NCBI GenBank assembly: GCA_030390025.1
Contig: JASTWF010000034.1
Location: forward strand, 558,001-622,000
Length of the DNA stretch: 64,000 nt
Direction of reading: 5' to 3'
DNA from: Squalus acanthias
Taxonomy: Eukaryota
Every line of letters begins with the position of its first letter. The stretch's first letter is position 1. This document shows positions 13,100-25,288 of the stretch, in pieces. Under the pieces are notes generated by a model. That model had not been told where the DNA came from. It was given only the letters and a program-made list of their open reading frames with translations, and searched no databases. A program made the position numbers and the translations under genes.

Positions 13100-15685
13100 G
13101 AACAAAAGGACCTGGAGCAGGAGTGGGCCATTCGGGCCCTCGAGCCTGCTCCAACATTCAATAAGATCATGGCTCATCTTCCTCATCTCCACTTTCCTGC
13201 ACTATCCCCACATCCCTTGGTTCCCTTAATATTCAACAATCTATCGATCTCTGTCTTGAATATACTCAATGACTGAGTCTCCACAGCCCCCTGGGGTAGA
13301 GAATTCTAAAGATTCACCACCTCCTGAGTGAAGAAATTTCTCCTCATCTCAGTCCTAAATGGCCGACCCCTTATCCTGAGACTGTGACCCCTGGTTCTAG
13401 ACTCCCCAGCCAGGGGAAACATCCTCCCTGCATCTACCCTGTCAAGCCCTGTAAGAATTTTGTATGTTTCAAAGAGATCAATTCTCTTTTTTTAAAACTC
13501 TAGTGAATACAGGCCTAGTCTACTCAATCTCTCCTCATAAGACAATCCCCCCATCCCAGGAACCAGTCTGGTGAACCTTCGTTGCACTCCCTCTCTGGCA
13601 AGTATATCCTTCCTTAGGTAAGGAGACCAAAACTGTACACAATACTCCAGGTGTGGTCTCACCAGGGCCCTATATAATTGCAGTAAGACGTCTTTACTCT
13701 TATACTCAAATCCTCTTGTAATAAAGGCCAACATATCATTTGCTCTCCTAATTGCTTGCTGTACCTGCATGTTAACTTTCAGTGATTCCTGTACAACGAC
13801 ACCCAGGTCCCTCTGAACACCAACATTTCCCAATCTTTCACCATTTAAAAAATAGTCTGCTTTTCTATTTTTCTGACCAAGGTGGATAACTTCACATTTC
13901 TCCACATTATATTCCATTTGTCTTGTTCTTGCCCCACTCACTTAGCCTGTCTATTTCCCCTTGAAGCCTCTTTGCATCCTCCTCATAACTTACAGTCCCA
14001 CCCAGCTTTGTATCATCAGCAAACTTGGATATATTGGGCCGTATTTTGCGACCCCTACGGGTGCGTACGAGGTGCGCATGTGCCCGGAGGGGCTGCACAC
14101 GTGCCGGGTTTAGGCATGCGTAGCACATGCATTAAAACCCGGCACTTGCGATCTGTCAAGAATTCTCTTGACAGATCCGCCACATCCCCAGGAAAAGGGT
14201 GCTATTGGCCCAACCTCCGCCCGCTGAAAGGCCGTGGAATTCTTACGCCTGGTTTACCAGCATAAGAGTTTAAAAAATAGAAAAATAAAATTTTATCACT
14301 CATTTATACATTAAAAACCCTGTCAATAAGGGAAGTTTATTTTTAGCCCCATTGAAACATATACATTTTTTTCCAAAAAATTAAATTTTTGTTTAAAATA
14401 TTTAATTAAATGCCATTTTAATTAATTTTATATATGTAATGTTTATTTTAAATTTATTTCACGTGTTCGGGTGATTTTTTAGTCATTCCCACTCATACAT
14501 ATGACAGTTCTGTACAAATCATTGATGTAGATTGTGAATAGCTGAGGCCCAAGCACTGAACCTTGCAGTACCCCACTAGTTACAGCCTGTCAACCCGAAA
14601 ATGACCCGTTTATTCCTACTCTCTGTTTTCTGTCCGTTAACCAATCCTCAATCCATGCTAGTATATTACCCCCAATCCCATGAACCCTAATTTTGTTTAA
14701 TAACCTCTTGTGTGGGACTTTATCAAAGGCCTTCTGAAAATCCAAATACACCACATCCACTGGTTCCCCCTTATCTATTCTACTAGTTAGAACCTCAAAA
14801 AACTCTCAACAGATTTGTCAAACATGATTTCCCTTTCATAAATCCGTGTTGACTCTGCCCAATCCTATTATTATTTTCTAGTGCCCTGTTACCAGGTCCT
14901 TAATAATAGATTCTAGCATTTTCCCTACTACTGATGTCAGGCTAACTGGTCTGTAGTTCCCCGGTTTCTCTCTCCCTCCTTTCTTAAATAGTGGGGTTAC
15001 ATTTGCCACCTTCCAATCCGTGGGAACCGTTCTAGAATCAATGGCATTTTGGAGGATGAGAACCAATGCATCCACTATCTCTATAGCCACCTCTTTCAAA
15101 ACCGTAGGATGTAGGCCATCAGGTCCAGGGGATTTATCGGCTTTCAGTCCCATTAATTTCTCCAGTACTATTTTTTTTACTAATACTAATTTCTTTCAGT
15201 TCCTCATTCTCACCAGACCCGTGGCTCTCCAGTATTTCCGGGAGGTTTTTTGCATCTTCTTCCGTGAAGACAGACACAAAGTAGTTGTTTAATTTCTCTG
15301 CCATTTCCTTCTTCCCCATTATAATTTCTCCAATCTCAGCCTGTAAGGGACCCACATTTACTTTCGCTAATCTTTTCCTGTTTACATACCTAGAGAAGCT
15401 TTTACAGTCTGTTTTTATGTCTCTCGCTAGTTTACTCTCATTCTATTTACTCTTTCTTTATTCATTTCTTGGTCCTCCTTTACTGAATTCTAAAATCCTC
15501 CCAATCCTCAGGCTTACTGCTCTTTTTGGCAATATTATAAGCCTCTTCCTTTGATCTAATACTATCTTTAACTTCTCTTGTTAGCCACGATTGGACCACT
15601 TTTCCTGTGGGGCTTTTGTGCCTTAAAAAGAATGTATATTTGTTGTAAATTATATATTACTTCTTTAAATGCTAGCCATTGCTTT
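13100..15685 (-). mobile_element. CR1 LINE, 5'-truncated, interrupted by an insertion at 14036-14517
   Basis: 3' stem-loop tail at ~13100-13180; [34 protein letters not shown]. Confidence 0.93.
14036..14517. mobile_element. Unclassified non-LINE insertion (GC-rich then very AT-rich), possibly a partial MITE
   Basis: Interrupts CR1 RT between ...aaacttggatatatt and atcattgatgtag..., with loss of a short stretch of host sequence. No ORF; no clear TIR pair. Confidence 0.55.
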
Positions 15686-16519
15686 TTTTAAATTTGTTCA
15701 TGGGATGTGGGCGTTGCTGGCAAGGCCAGCATTTATTGCCCATCCCTAATTGCCCTTGAGAAGGTGGTGGTGAGCCGCTGCCTTGAACCGCTGCATTCCG
15801 TGTGGTGAAGGTACTCCCACAGTGCTGTTAGGGAGGGAGTTCCAGGATTTTGACCCAGCGACGATGAAGGAACGGCGATATATTTCCAAGTCAGAGTGGT
15901 GTGTGAATTGGAGGAGAACTTGGAGGTGGTGGTGTTCCCCTGCGCCTGCTGCCCTTGTCCTACTCGGTGCTAGAGGTTTGGGAGGTGCTGCCGAAGAAGC
16001 TTGGCGAGTTGCTGCAGTTCATCTTGTAGATGGTACACACTGCAGCCACGGTACGCCGGTGGTGGAGGGAGTGAATGTTTAAGGTGGTGGATGGGGTGCC
16101 AATCAAGCGGGCTGCTTTGTCCTGGATGGTGTCGAGCTTCTTGAGTGTTGTTGGAGCTGCACTCATCCAGGCAAGTGGAGAGTATTCCATCGCACTCCTG
16201 ACTTGTGCCTTGTAGATGGGGGAAAGGCTTTGGGGAGTCAGGAGGTGAGACACTCGCCGCAGAATACCCAGTCTCTGACTCGCTATTGTTGCCACAGTCT
16301 TTATGTGGCTGGTCCAGTTAAGTTTCTGGTCAATGGTAACCCCCAGGATATTGATGGTGGGGGATTCGGCGATGGTAATGCCATTGAATGTCAAGGGTCA
16401 GTGGTTAGACGCTCGTTTGTTGGAGATAGTCATTGCCTGGCACTTGTGTGGCGCGAATGTTACCTGCCACTTATCAGCCCAAGCCTGAATGTCGTCCAGG
16501 TCTTGCTGCATGCAGGCAC
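15686..16519 (-). mobile_element. LINE family B (second CR1-group LINE), 3' fragment
   Basis: INILGVTIDQKLNWTSHI...YKAQVRSAMEYSPLAW; 3' end gggcaataaatgctggccttgccagc...poly(A). Confidence 0.85.
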
Positions 16520-19500
16520 CATAGAATCATAGAAGATAGGAGCAGGCCATTCGGCCCCTCTAGCCTGCTCCGCCATTCAGTGCGATCATGGCTGATCATC
16601 CAAATTCAGTACCCTGTCCCTGCTTTCTCCCCATATCCCTTGATCCCTTTAGCCTTAAGAAATATATCCAACTCCTTCTTGAATCTATTTAATGAATTGG
16701 CCTCTACTGCCTTCTGTGGTAGAGAATTCCACAGGTTCACCACTCTCTGGGTGAAGAAATTCCTCCTCATTTCTGTCCTAAATGGCTTACCCCTTATCCT
16801 TAGACTGTGACCCCTGGTTCTGGACTCCCCGACCATCGGAACATCCTTCCTGCATCTAGTTTGTCCTGTCCTGTCAGAATTTTATAAGTTTCAATGAGAT
16901 CCCCTCTCATTCTTCTAAACTCCAGCGAGTATAAGTCCAATCGACCCAATCTCTCTTCATACGTCATTCCTGCCATCCCAGGTATCAGCCTTGTGAATCT
17001 TCGCTGAACTCCTTCCATGGCAAGAACATCCTTCCTCAGATAAGGCGACCAAAACTGCACACACTACTCAAGGTGTAGTCTCACTAAGGCCCTGTACAAC
17101 TGCAGCAAGACATCCTTGTTCCTGTACTCAAACCCTCTCGCTATGAAGGCCAACATACCATTTGCCTTCTTAACCGCCTGCTGCACCTGCATGCTTACCT
17201 TCAGCGACTGGTGCACAAGGGCACCCAGGTCTCGTTGCACTTCCCCTTCTCTCAATCTATTGCCATTCAGATAATAATCTGCCTTTCTGTTTTTGACACC
17301 AAAGTGGATAACCTCGCATTTATCCACGTTATATTGCATCTGCCACGCTTCTGCCCAATCACCCAACCTGTCCAAATCATCCTGGAGTTTCTCGGCATCC
17401 TCCTCGGAGCACACACGCCCACCCAGTTTTGTGTCGTCTGCAAACTTGGAGATATTACATCTAGTTCCCTTGTCTAGATCATTAATATATATTGTGAATA
17501 GCTGGGGTCCAAGGACCGATCCCTGCGGTACCCCACTAGTCACTGCCTGCCACTCGGAAAAAGACCCGTTTATTGCAACTCTTTGCTTTCTGTTTGCCAA
17601 CCAGTTCTCTATCCAAGTCAGTACCTTACCCCCACTCCCATGTGCCTTAACTTTACGCGCTAATCTCTTATGCGGGACCTTATCAAAAGCCTTTTGGAAG
17701 TCCAAATACACCACATCCACTGGTTCTCCCTTATCTATTTTACCAGTTACATCCTCAAAAAATTCCAGTAGATTAGTCAAGCATGATTTACCTTTTGTAA
17801 ATCCATGTTGACTTTGTCCAATCCTGTCACTGTTTTCCAAGTGCTCAGCTATTATATCTTTTCTAATGGACTCTAGCATTTTCCCCACTACCGATGTCAG
17901 GCTTACCGGTCTGTAATTCCCCGTTTTCTCTCTACCACCCTTTTTGAATAGTGGGGTAACATTAGCTACCCTCCAATCCATGGGTACTGTTCCAGATTCC
18001 ATCGAATGTTGGAAGATGATCAGCAATGCATCTACTATTTCTAGGGCCACTTCCTTAATTACCCTAGGATGTAGATTATCAGGCCCTGGGGATTTATCGG
18101 CCTTCAATTTCCCTAACACCATTTCCCTACAAATACTGATTTCTTTCAGTTCCTCCCTTTCATCAGACCCTATGTTCCCCGACATCTCTGGGAGGTTATT
18201 TGTGTCCTCCTTTGTGAAGACAGAACCAAAATATGTATTTAATTGGTCTGACATTTCTTTGTTCCCCATTATAAGTTCCCCTGATTCTGACTGCAAGGGA
18301 CCTATGCTTGATTTCACTAATCTTTTTCTCTTCACATATCTATAAAAGCTTTTACAGTCAGTTTTTATGTTCCCTGCAAGCTTACTCTCGTATTCTATTT
18401 TCCCCTTCTTAATTAATCCCTTTGTCCTCCTTTGTTGAATCTTAAACTGCTCCCAATCCACAGGGTTACTGCTTTTTCTGGCCAATTTATATGCCCTCTC
18501 CTTGGATCTTATGCTATCCCTAATTTCCCTTGTTAGCCACGGTTGAGTCACCCTTTTTGTTTTATTCTTATGCCAAACTGGGATGAACAAATTCTGTAGT
18601 TCGTCCATGCTGTCTTTGAATGTTTGCCATTGCCTATCCACCGTCAACCCTTTGAGTGACATTCCCCAATCAATCCTACCCAACTCGCACCTCATACCAT
18701 CGTAGTTTCCTTTATTTAAATTCAGGACCCTAGTATCTGAGTCAACTACTTCACTCTCCATCCTAATGAAGAATTCTATCATATTATGATCGCTCCGACC
18801 CAAGGGGCCTCGCACAACAAGATTGCTAATTAATCCTTTCTCATTGCATAATACCCAGTCTAAGATGGCCTGATCTCTGGTTGGTTCCTTGACATATTGG
18901 TCCAGGAAACCATCCCGTAAACACTCCAGGAATTCCTCCTCCATAGTATTGTTACTAATTTGGTTAGCCCAATCTATATGTAGATTAAAGTCACCCATGA
19001 TGACTGCTGTGCCCTTATTGCACGCTTCCCAAATTTCCCTTTTAATGCCATCCCCAACATCCGTATTACTGTTTGGGGGTCTATATATAACTCCCACTAA
19101 CGTTTTCTGCCCCTTCTTATTTCTCAGTTTAACCCATACAGATTCCACATCATCAGAGCTAATATCCTTCCTTTCAATTGTGTTAATCCCCTCTTTAACC
19201 AGCAATGCTACACCACCTACCTTTCCTTTTTGCCTATCTTTCCTGAATATTGAGTACCCCTAGATGTTGAGTTCCCAGCCTTGGCCACCCTGGAGCCATG
19301 TTTCGGTAATCCCAATCAAATCATATTCATTTACCTCTATTTGCGCAGCTAATTCATCCACCTTGTTCCGAATGCTCCTTGCATTAAGACACAAAGCCTT
19401 CAGGCTTGTTTTTTTAACGCTCTTAGACCTATTAGAATTAGTATTTACTGTGGCCATGTTTGATTTAAACCATTGTTTTCTCTGACTGCCACTTTTGTTT

Positions 19501-20782
19501 TTCTCCTTCCTATCTTTTGCTTTTATCCTCGTTTCCCTTTCCTCTGTCTCCCTGCTCAGGTTCCCAACCCCCTGCCACTTTAGTTTAAACCCTCCCCCAG
19601 AGCATTAGCAAACACTCCCCCGAGGACATCGGTCCCGGCCCTGCCCAGGTGTACACCGTCCGGTTTGTACTGGTCCCACCTCTCCCAGAACCGGTTCCAA
19701 TGCCCCAGGAATTTGAATCCCTCCCCCTTGCACCATTCCTCTAGCCACGTATTCATTTGAAATATCCTTCTATTTCTACTCTGACTCGCACGTGGCACTG
19801 GTAGCAATCCTGAGATTACTACCTTTGAGGTCCTATTTTTTAATTTACCTCCTAACTCCCTATATTCTGCTTTTAGGACCTCATCCCGTTTTATTACCTA
19901 TATCGTTGGTACCTATATGCACCATGACAACTGGCTGTTCACCCTCCCCTTCCAAAATGCTCTGTAGCCGCTCTGAGACATCCTTGACCCTTGCACCAGG
20001 GAGGCAACATACCATCCTGGAGTCTCCATTGCGGCCACAGAAACGCCTATCTATTCCCCTTACAATAGAATCCCCTATCACTATAGCTCTCCCACTCTTT
20101 TTCCTCCCATCCTGTGCAGCAGAACCACCTACGGTGCTAGGAAGTTGGCTGCTGCTGTCTTCCCCTGATACGCCATCTCCCTCAACAATATCCAAAGCGG
20201 TATATCTGTTTGAGAGGGGGATGGCCACAGGGGACCCCTGCACTACCTGCCTGCGCCTATTACTCTGCCTGGTGGTCACCCATTCCCTTCCTGCCTGTAC
20301 ACCCTTTACCTGCGGTGTGACCGACTCCCTAAACATGCTATCCACGATGTCTTCAGCATCGCGAATGCTCCAGTATGCATCCATCCGCAGCTCCAGCGCC
20401 GCAATGCGGTCTGTCAGTAGCTGCAGCTGGATACATCTCCCGCACACATGGTTGTCAGGGACACAGGAAGTGTCCCTGATTTCCCACATAGTGCAGGAAG
20501 AGCATGTCACAGCACCAAGCTATCCTGCCAAGACTTACCCTTTAATTAGAATTAAATTAAAATTAAATGGATCCCACCAATTACACTGGAATTAAGTGAT
20601 ATACTCAAGGGCCCTTGCTTAACAGTAGTCCCCACTACACAAAGAGACCGTAGAAACCACAAAATTTAAGTTTAGAAAAATTAAGAAAACACTCACCAAC
20701 CAATCACTTACCTGCTTTTTGGTGACGTCACACTACGAATACTTTTTGCTTCCCTCTCCCGGAACCTGGATTTGTAAACCGC
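16520..20782 (-). mobile_element. Full-length CR1 LINE (family A): ORF1 zinc finger/esterase and ORF2 APE-RT, a few disabling mutations
   Basis: ORF1 19881-20510 and 19580-19807 (CSSC..CGRC, GDSIVR). ORF2 17064-19205 (713 aa, FADD), with stop at ~19260 and frameshifts near 17062 and 16835. 3' tail at 16520. Confidence 0.97.
17064..19205 (-). pseudogene. CR1 ORF2 (endonuclease-reverse transcriptase), longest open segment
   Basis: [35 protein letters not shown] motifs. Confidence 0.93.
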
Positions 20783-22305
20783 CTCGGGGCTCACCTTAAG
20801 TACCGCCCCCCGCCCCCTCGGAGCTCACCTTAAGTACCGCCCCCCGCCCCCTCGGGGCTCATCTTAAGTACCGCCCCTCGCCGCCTCGGGGCTCACCTTA
20901 AGTACCGCCCCCCGCCCCCTCGGGGCTCACCTTAAGTACCGCCCCCCGCCCCCTCGGGGCTCACCTTAAGTACCGCCCCCGCCCCCTCGGGGCTCATCTT
21001 AAGTACCGCCCCTCGCCGCCTCGGGGCTCACCTTAAGTACCGCCCCCTCGGGGCTCACCTTAAGTACCGCAGCTTGCCCCCTCGGGGCTCACCTTAAGTA
21101 CCGCCCCTCGCCCCCTCGGGGCTCACCTTAAGTACCGCCCCTCGCCGCCTCGGGGCTCACCTTAAGTACCGCCCCTCGCCCCCTCGGGGCTCACCTTAAG
21201 TACCGCCCCTCGCCCCCTCGGGGCTCACCTTAAGTACCGCCCCTCGCCCCCTCGGGGCTCACCTTAAGTACCGCCCCTCGCCCCCTTGGGGCTCACCTTA
21301 AGTACCGCCCCTCGCCCCCTCGGGGCTCACCTTAAGTACCGCCCCTCGCCCCCTCGGGGCTCACCTTAAGTACCGCCCCTCGCCCCCTCGGGGCTCACCT
21401 TAAGTACCGCAGCTTGCCCCCTCGGGGCTCACCTTAAGTACCGCCCCTCGCCCCCTCGGGGCTCACCTTAAGTACCGCCCCCCGCCCCCTCGGGGCTCAC
21501 CTTAAGTACCGCCCCTCGCCCCCTCGGGGCTCACCTTAAGTACCGCAGCTTGCCCCCTCGGGGCTCACCTTAAGTACCGCCCCTCGCCCCCTCGGGGCTC
21601 ACCTTAAGTACCGCCCCTCGCCCCCTCGGGGCTCACCTTAAGTACCGCCCCTCGCCCCCTCGGGGCTCACCTTAAGTACCGCCCCTCGCCCCCTCGGGGC
21701 TCACCTTAAATACCGCCCCTCGCCCCCTCGGGGCTCACCTTAAGTACCGCCCCTCGCCCCCTCGGGGCTCACCTTAAGTACCGCCCCTCGCCCCCTCGGG
21801 GCTCACCTTAAGTACCGCCCCTCACCCCCTCGGGGCTCACCTTAAATACCGCCCCTCGCCCCCTCGGGGCTCACCTTAAGTACCGCCCCTCGCCCCCTCG
21901 GGGCTCACCTTAAGTACCGCCCCTCGCCCCCTCGGGGCTCACCTTATGTACCGCCCCTCGCCCGCTCGGGGCTCACCTTAAGTACCGCCCCTCGCCCCCT
22001 CGGGGCTCACCTTAAGTACCGCGCCTCGCCCCCTCGGGGCTCACCTTAAGTACCGCCCCTCGCCCCCTCGGGGCTCACCTTAAGTACCGCAGCTTGCACC
22101 CTCGGGGCTCACCTTAAGTACCGCCCCTCGCCCCCTCGGGGCTCACCTTAAGTACCGCCCCTCGCCGCCTCGGGGCTCACCTTAAGTACCGCAGCTTGCC
22201 CCCTCGGGGCTCACCTTAAGTACCGCCCCTCGCCCCCTCGGGGCTCACCTTAAGTACCGCCCCTCGCCCCCTTGGGGCTCACCTTAAGTATCGCCCCTCG
22301 CCGCC
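20783..22305. repeat. 34-bp minisatellite (~45 copies) at the 5' end of the full-length CR1
   Basis: Unit cttaagtaccgcccctcgccccctcggggctcac, with recurrent variant gcagcttg. Confidence 0.97.
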
Positions 22306-22339
22306 TCTGTTCCCTCGCAGGTCCGCCCCTCGCCGCTGT

Positions 22340-23479
22340 GTCCAACCATGTGATGTCATAGTCCGTGTCCACAGTCTTCAGCTTTTCCACGGAGAAGAAG
22401 CCATCCACTATCTCAATCCCGCAAAAAAGACCGAACACTCAAATTTTCTGCTACTTGCTGTTACTGCTCACAGGACCCAGCCATCAAATAGTCATTATTC
22501 CTTACCGATATTACTTTGTTTTGTCTTTTATCTTCCTTTTTTTCCCACTTTTAACCGTTCACATTTCCATCTTGTAACCGCTCAGGCGCCATGCTACAGA
22601 TGGAAACAGTTTGTCTTTCCTCCGCCACCAATATGGCGACGCATAAACCGGTCCCATGACCAAGAAAAAGCCTCACAGCTGCCGCCAGGCAGAGCAGATG
22701 CTGGGCCGCTGGAACTCATTCAGGCCCGAGACCATTCTGCAACTTTCAGAACCAGTGCAGCAATACTCACCAACCGCATCTCCCGACTCCACCTCTACCG
22801 ACCAGCCGCCCCGCCCTGGGCCCCCCGCCTGGGGCTCTCCGTGCTGGGCCCCCCGCCTGGGGCTCTCCGTGCTGGGCCCCCCGCCTGGGGCTCTCCGTGC
22901 TGGGCCCCCCGCCTGGGGCTCTCCGTGCTGGGCCCCCCGCCTGGGGCTCTCCGTGCTGGGCCCCCCGCCTGGGGCTCTCCGTGCTGGGCCCCCCGCCTGG
23001 GGCTCTCCGTGCTGGGCCCCCCGCCTGGGGCTCTCCGTGCTGGGCCCCCCGCCTGGGGCTCTCCGTGCTGGGCCCCCCGCCTGGGGCTCTCCGTGCTGGG
23101 CCCCCCGCCTGGGGCTCTCCGTGCTGGGCCCCCCGCCTGGGGCTCTCCGTGCTGGGCCCCCCGCCTGGGGCTCTCCGTGCTGGGCCCCCCGCCTGGGGCT
23201 CTCCGTGCTGGGCCCCCCGCCTGGGGCTCTCCGTGCTGGGCCTCCCGCCTCGGCCACCCTCCTCTGGGTCTTCCACCCTGGGCCTTCTGCACCGGGCCCT
23301 CCGCACCGGCATTCCCCGCGAGCAGCCGGGGTGTGGAGCAGCCCGTTCACACAGCACTGAGCTGAGAATCTCGCAGCATGTCTCTCTCTCTCTCTCTCTC
23401 TCTCTGTCCTCCCCGGGTGTTTGTGAAGCGGATAATGTTCACTGTTTTAATAATGGGGCCTGGGGCCGCACTCGGGGTG
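22340..23479. repeat. Tandem segmental duplicate (left copy) of 24536-25288
   Basis: Colinear similarity from tgtc(c/g)aaccatg through ...gcactcggggtg; both copies translate MTKKKxHSCRQAEQMLGRWNSFRPETILQL. Confidence 0.9.
22818..23250. repeat. 28-bp GC-rich minisatellite (~15 near-perfect copies)
   Basis: Unit gggccccccgcctggggctctccgtgct. Confidence 0.97.
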
Positions 23480-23834
23480 AATCTTTTTATTCAAATCAAT
23501 AATACTTATACAACTCATGAATTACATAGTAAATCCATTACATTCATCCATCACAGTAAAACATAAAGCCTTAAAAACAGCCTTATAGTTAATATAAATG
23601 CAATGATTAATTTTACAAATAATCAATAATGTTTACAGTACAAATACCCTTAAACAATACCACACAACTTTTTAGATTTAAAATAATAAATCTCACAGTT
23701 AACTCCACATTAAACAAACCATTTCAACACCAGTGTACAAACACATAGCACCATCACAATCCAATTAAATGCCACAGATAACATTTATTCCAATAAACCA
23801 AGAAAACCTGTTTTACGCCAGTCCTACTAGCATT

Positions 23835-24290
23835 GTTCGTTCGATCATTCATTCAATTGTTCGTTCGTTCATTCAAGCGTTCGTTCGATCGATCGAGCGT
23901 AAGTTCCATTATGTATGTCTGAATGCGTGCGTGCGTATCAGTTGTCTAAGTGCGCGCCTGCGTGCGTTCGCTTGAATCGTTCGCCACGCGATCATTCGTT
24001 CGATCGAGTGTAAGTTCCAATGTGCATGCTTGCGTTCGCTCGAATCGTTCGTTCGACCACTACCTCCCAAGAGGTCGTTCGTTCGATCGAGTGTAAGTTC
24101 CATTATGTATGTCTGAATGCGTGCGTGCGTAGCATAGTCTAAGTGCACGCCTGCGTGCATTCGCTCGAATCGTTCGTCCTATCACTGCACAAGTGATCAT
24201 TCGTTCGATCGAGTGTAAGTTCCAATATGCATGAATGCGTTCGCTCGAATCGTTCGTCCATTCGTTCACTCGAGCGTCCGTTCGTTCAAT
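23835..24290. repeat. CpG/TCGA-rich complex repeat with four copies of a cgatcgagtgtaagttcca core
   Basis: gtaagttcc cores at 23899, 24010, 24093 and 24215 with alternating downstream flanks. Confidence 0.8.
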
Positions 24291-24535
24291 AATTTACCAA
24301 TGTTAATTTACTTTATCTTTTCAGCCACACCCAACACTAGACAATAACCTCAAAGTAAATTCCTACATAACCACCAATACATCACCATGTGCAAATTCCC
24401 ACAGTCCTTATCAGAAAATCAATTGAGTTTCAAGTAAACTGCTTTCAAACAGAAAACCTGAAACCTTCCCAACAAAACAATTAAATACCAGTTCTACGCC
24501 AGTCCTTTTGGCAATCCATTAACGAATATCATTTG

Positions 24536-25288
24536 ATGTCGAACCATGTAAAGTCATAGTCCTTGTCCACAGTCTTCAGCCCTTCCACGGAAAAAGAAGC
24601 CATCCACTGCCTGAAATCCCGTAAAAAGACCGAACACTCAAATCTTCTTCAGCTTGCTGTTATCGCTCACAGGACCCAACCATCAAAGAATACTCATCAT
24701 TCCTTACTGATATTACTTTGCTCTGTCTTTTACTCTCCTTTTATTTTCCGTCTTTTAACCATTCACATTTTCCATCTTGTAACCGCTCACGCGCCACATT
24801 ACAGATGGAAACAGTTTGTCTTTCCTTCACCAATATGGCGACGCATAAACCGGTCCCATGACCAAGAAAAAGTTTCACAGCTGCCGCCAGGCAGAGCAGA
24901 TGCTGGGCCGCTGGAATTCATTCAGGCCCGAAACCATTCTGCAACTTTTAGAACCAGTGCAGCAATGCTCACCAACCACATCTCCCGACTCCACCTCTGC
25001 TGACCAGCCGCCCCGCCCTGGGCCCCCCGCCTGGGGCTCTCCGTGCTGGGCCCCCCGCTCAGGCCACTCTCCTCCGGGTCTTCCACCTTGGGCCTTCTGC
25101 ACCGGGCCCTCCGCACCGGCATTCCCCGCAAGCAGCCGGGGTGTGGCGCTCACCCGTTCACACAGCACCGAGTTGAGCTGAGAATCTCGCAGCCTCAGCC
25201 TCTGCCTCTCTCTGTCCTCCCCCGGGTGTTTGTGAAGCGGATAATGTTGAGTGTTTTAATAATGGGGCCTGGGACCGCACTCGGGGTG
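24536..25288. repeat. Tandem segmental duplicate (right copy) of 22340-23479
   Basis: As for the left copy, but only ~1.5 copies of the 28-bp motif (25019-25058). Confidence 0.9.

Noticed and set aside
17211..19485. Antisense ORFs over CR1 ORF2 (also 41-43 and 54-58 kb)
   Set aside because: Shadow frames of LINE coding sequence.
20783..22305. CRISPR-like regular repeats (also 29.3, 35.2, 37.7 and 60 kb)
   Set aside because: Head-to-tail units with no unique spacers, no cas genes, vertebrate context.
22656..23502. Pro/Gly-rich ORFs open in all frames
   Set aside because: Stop-free 28-bp GC minisatellite.
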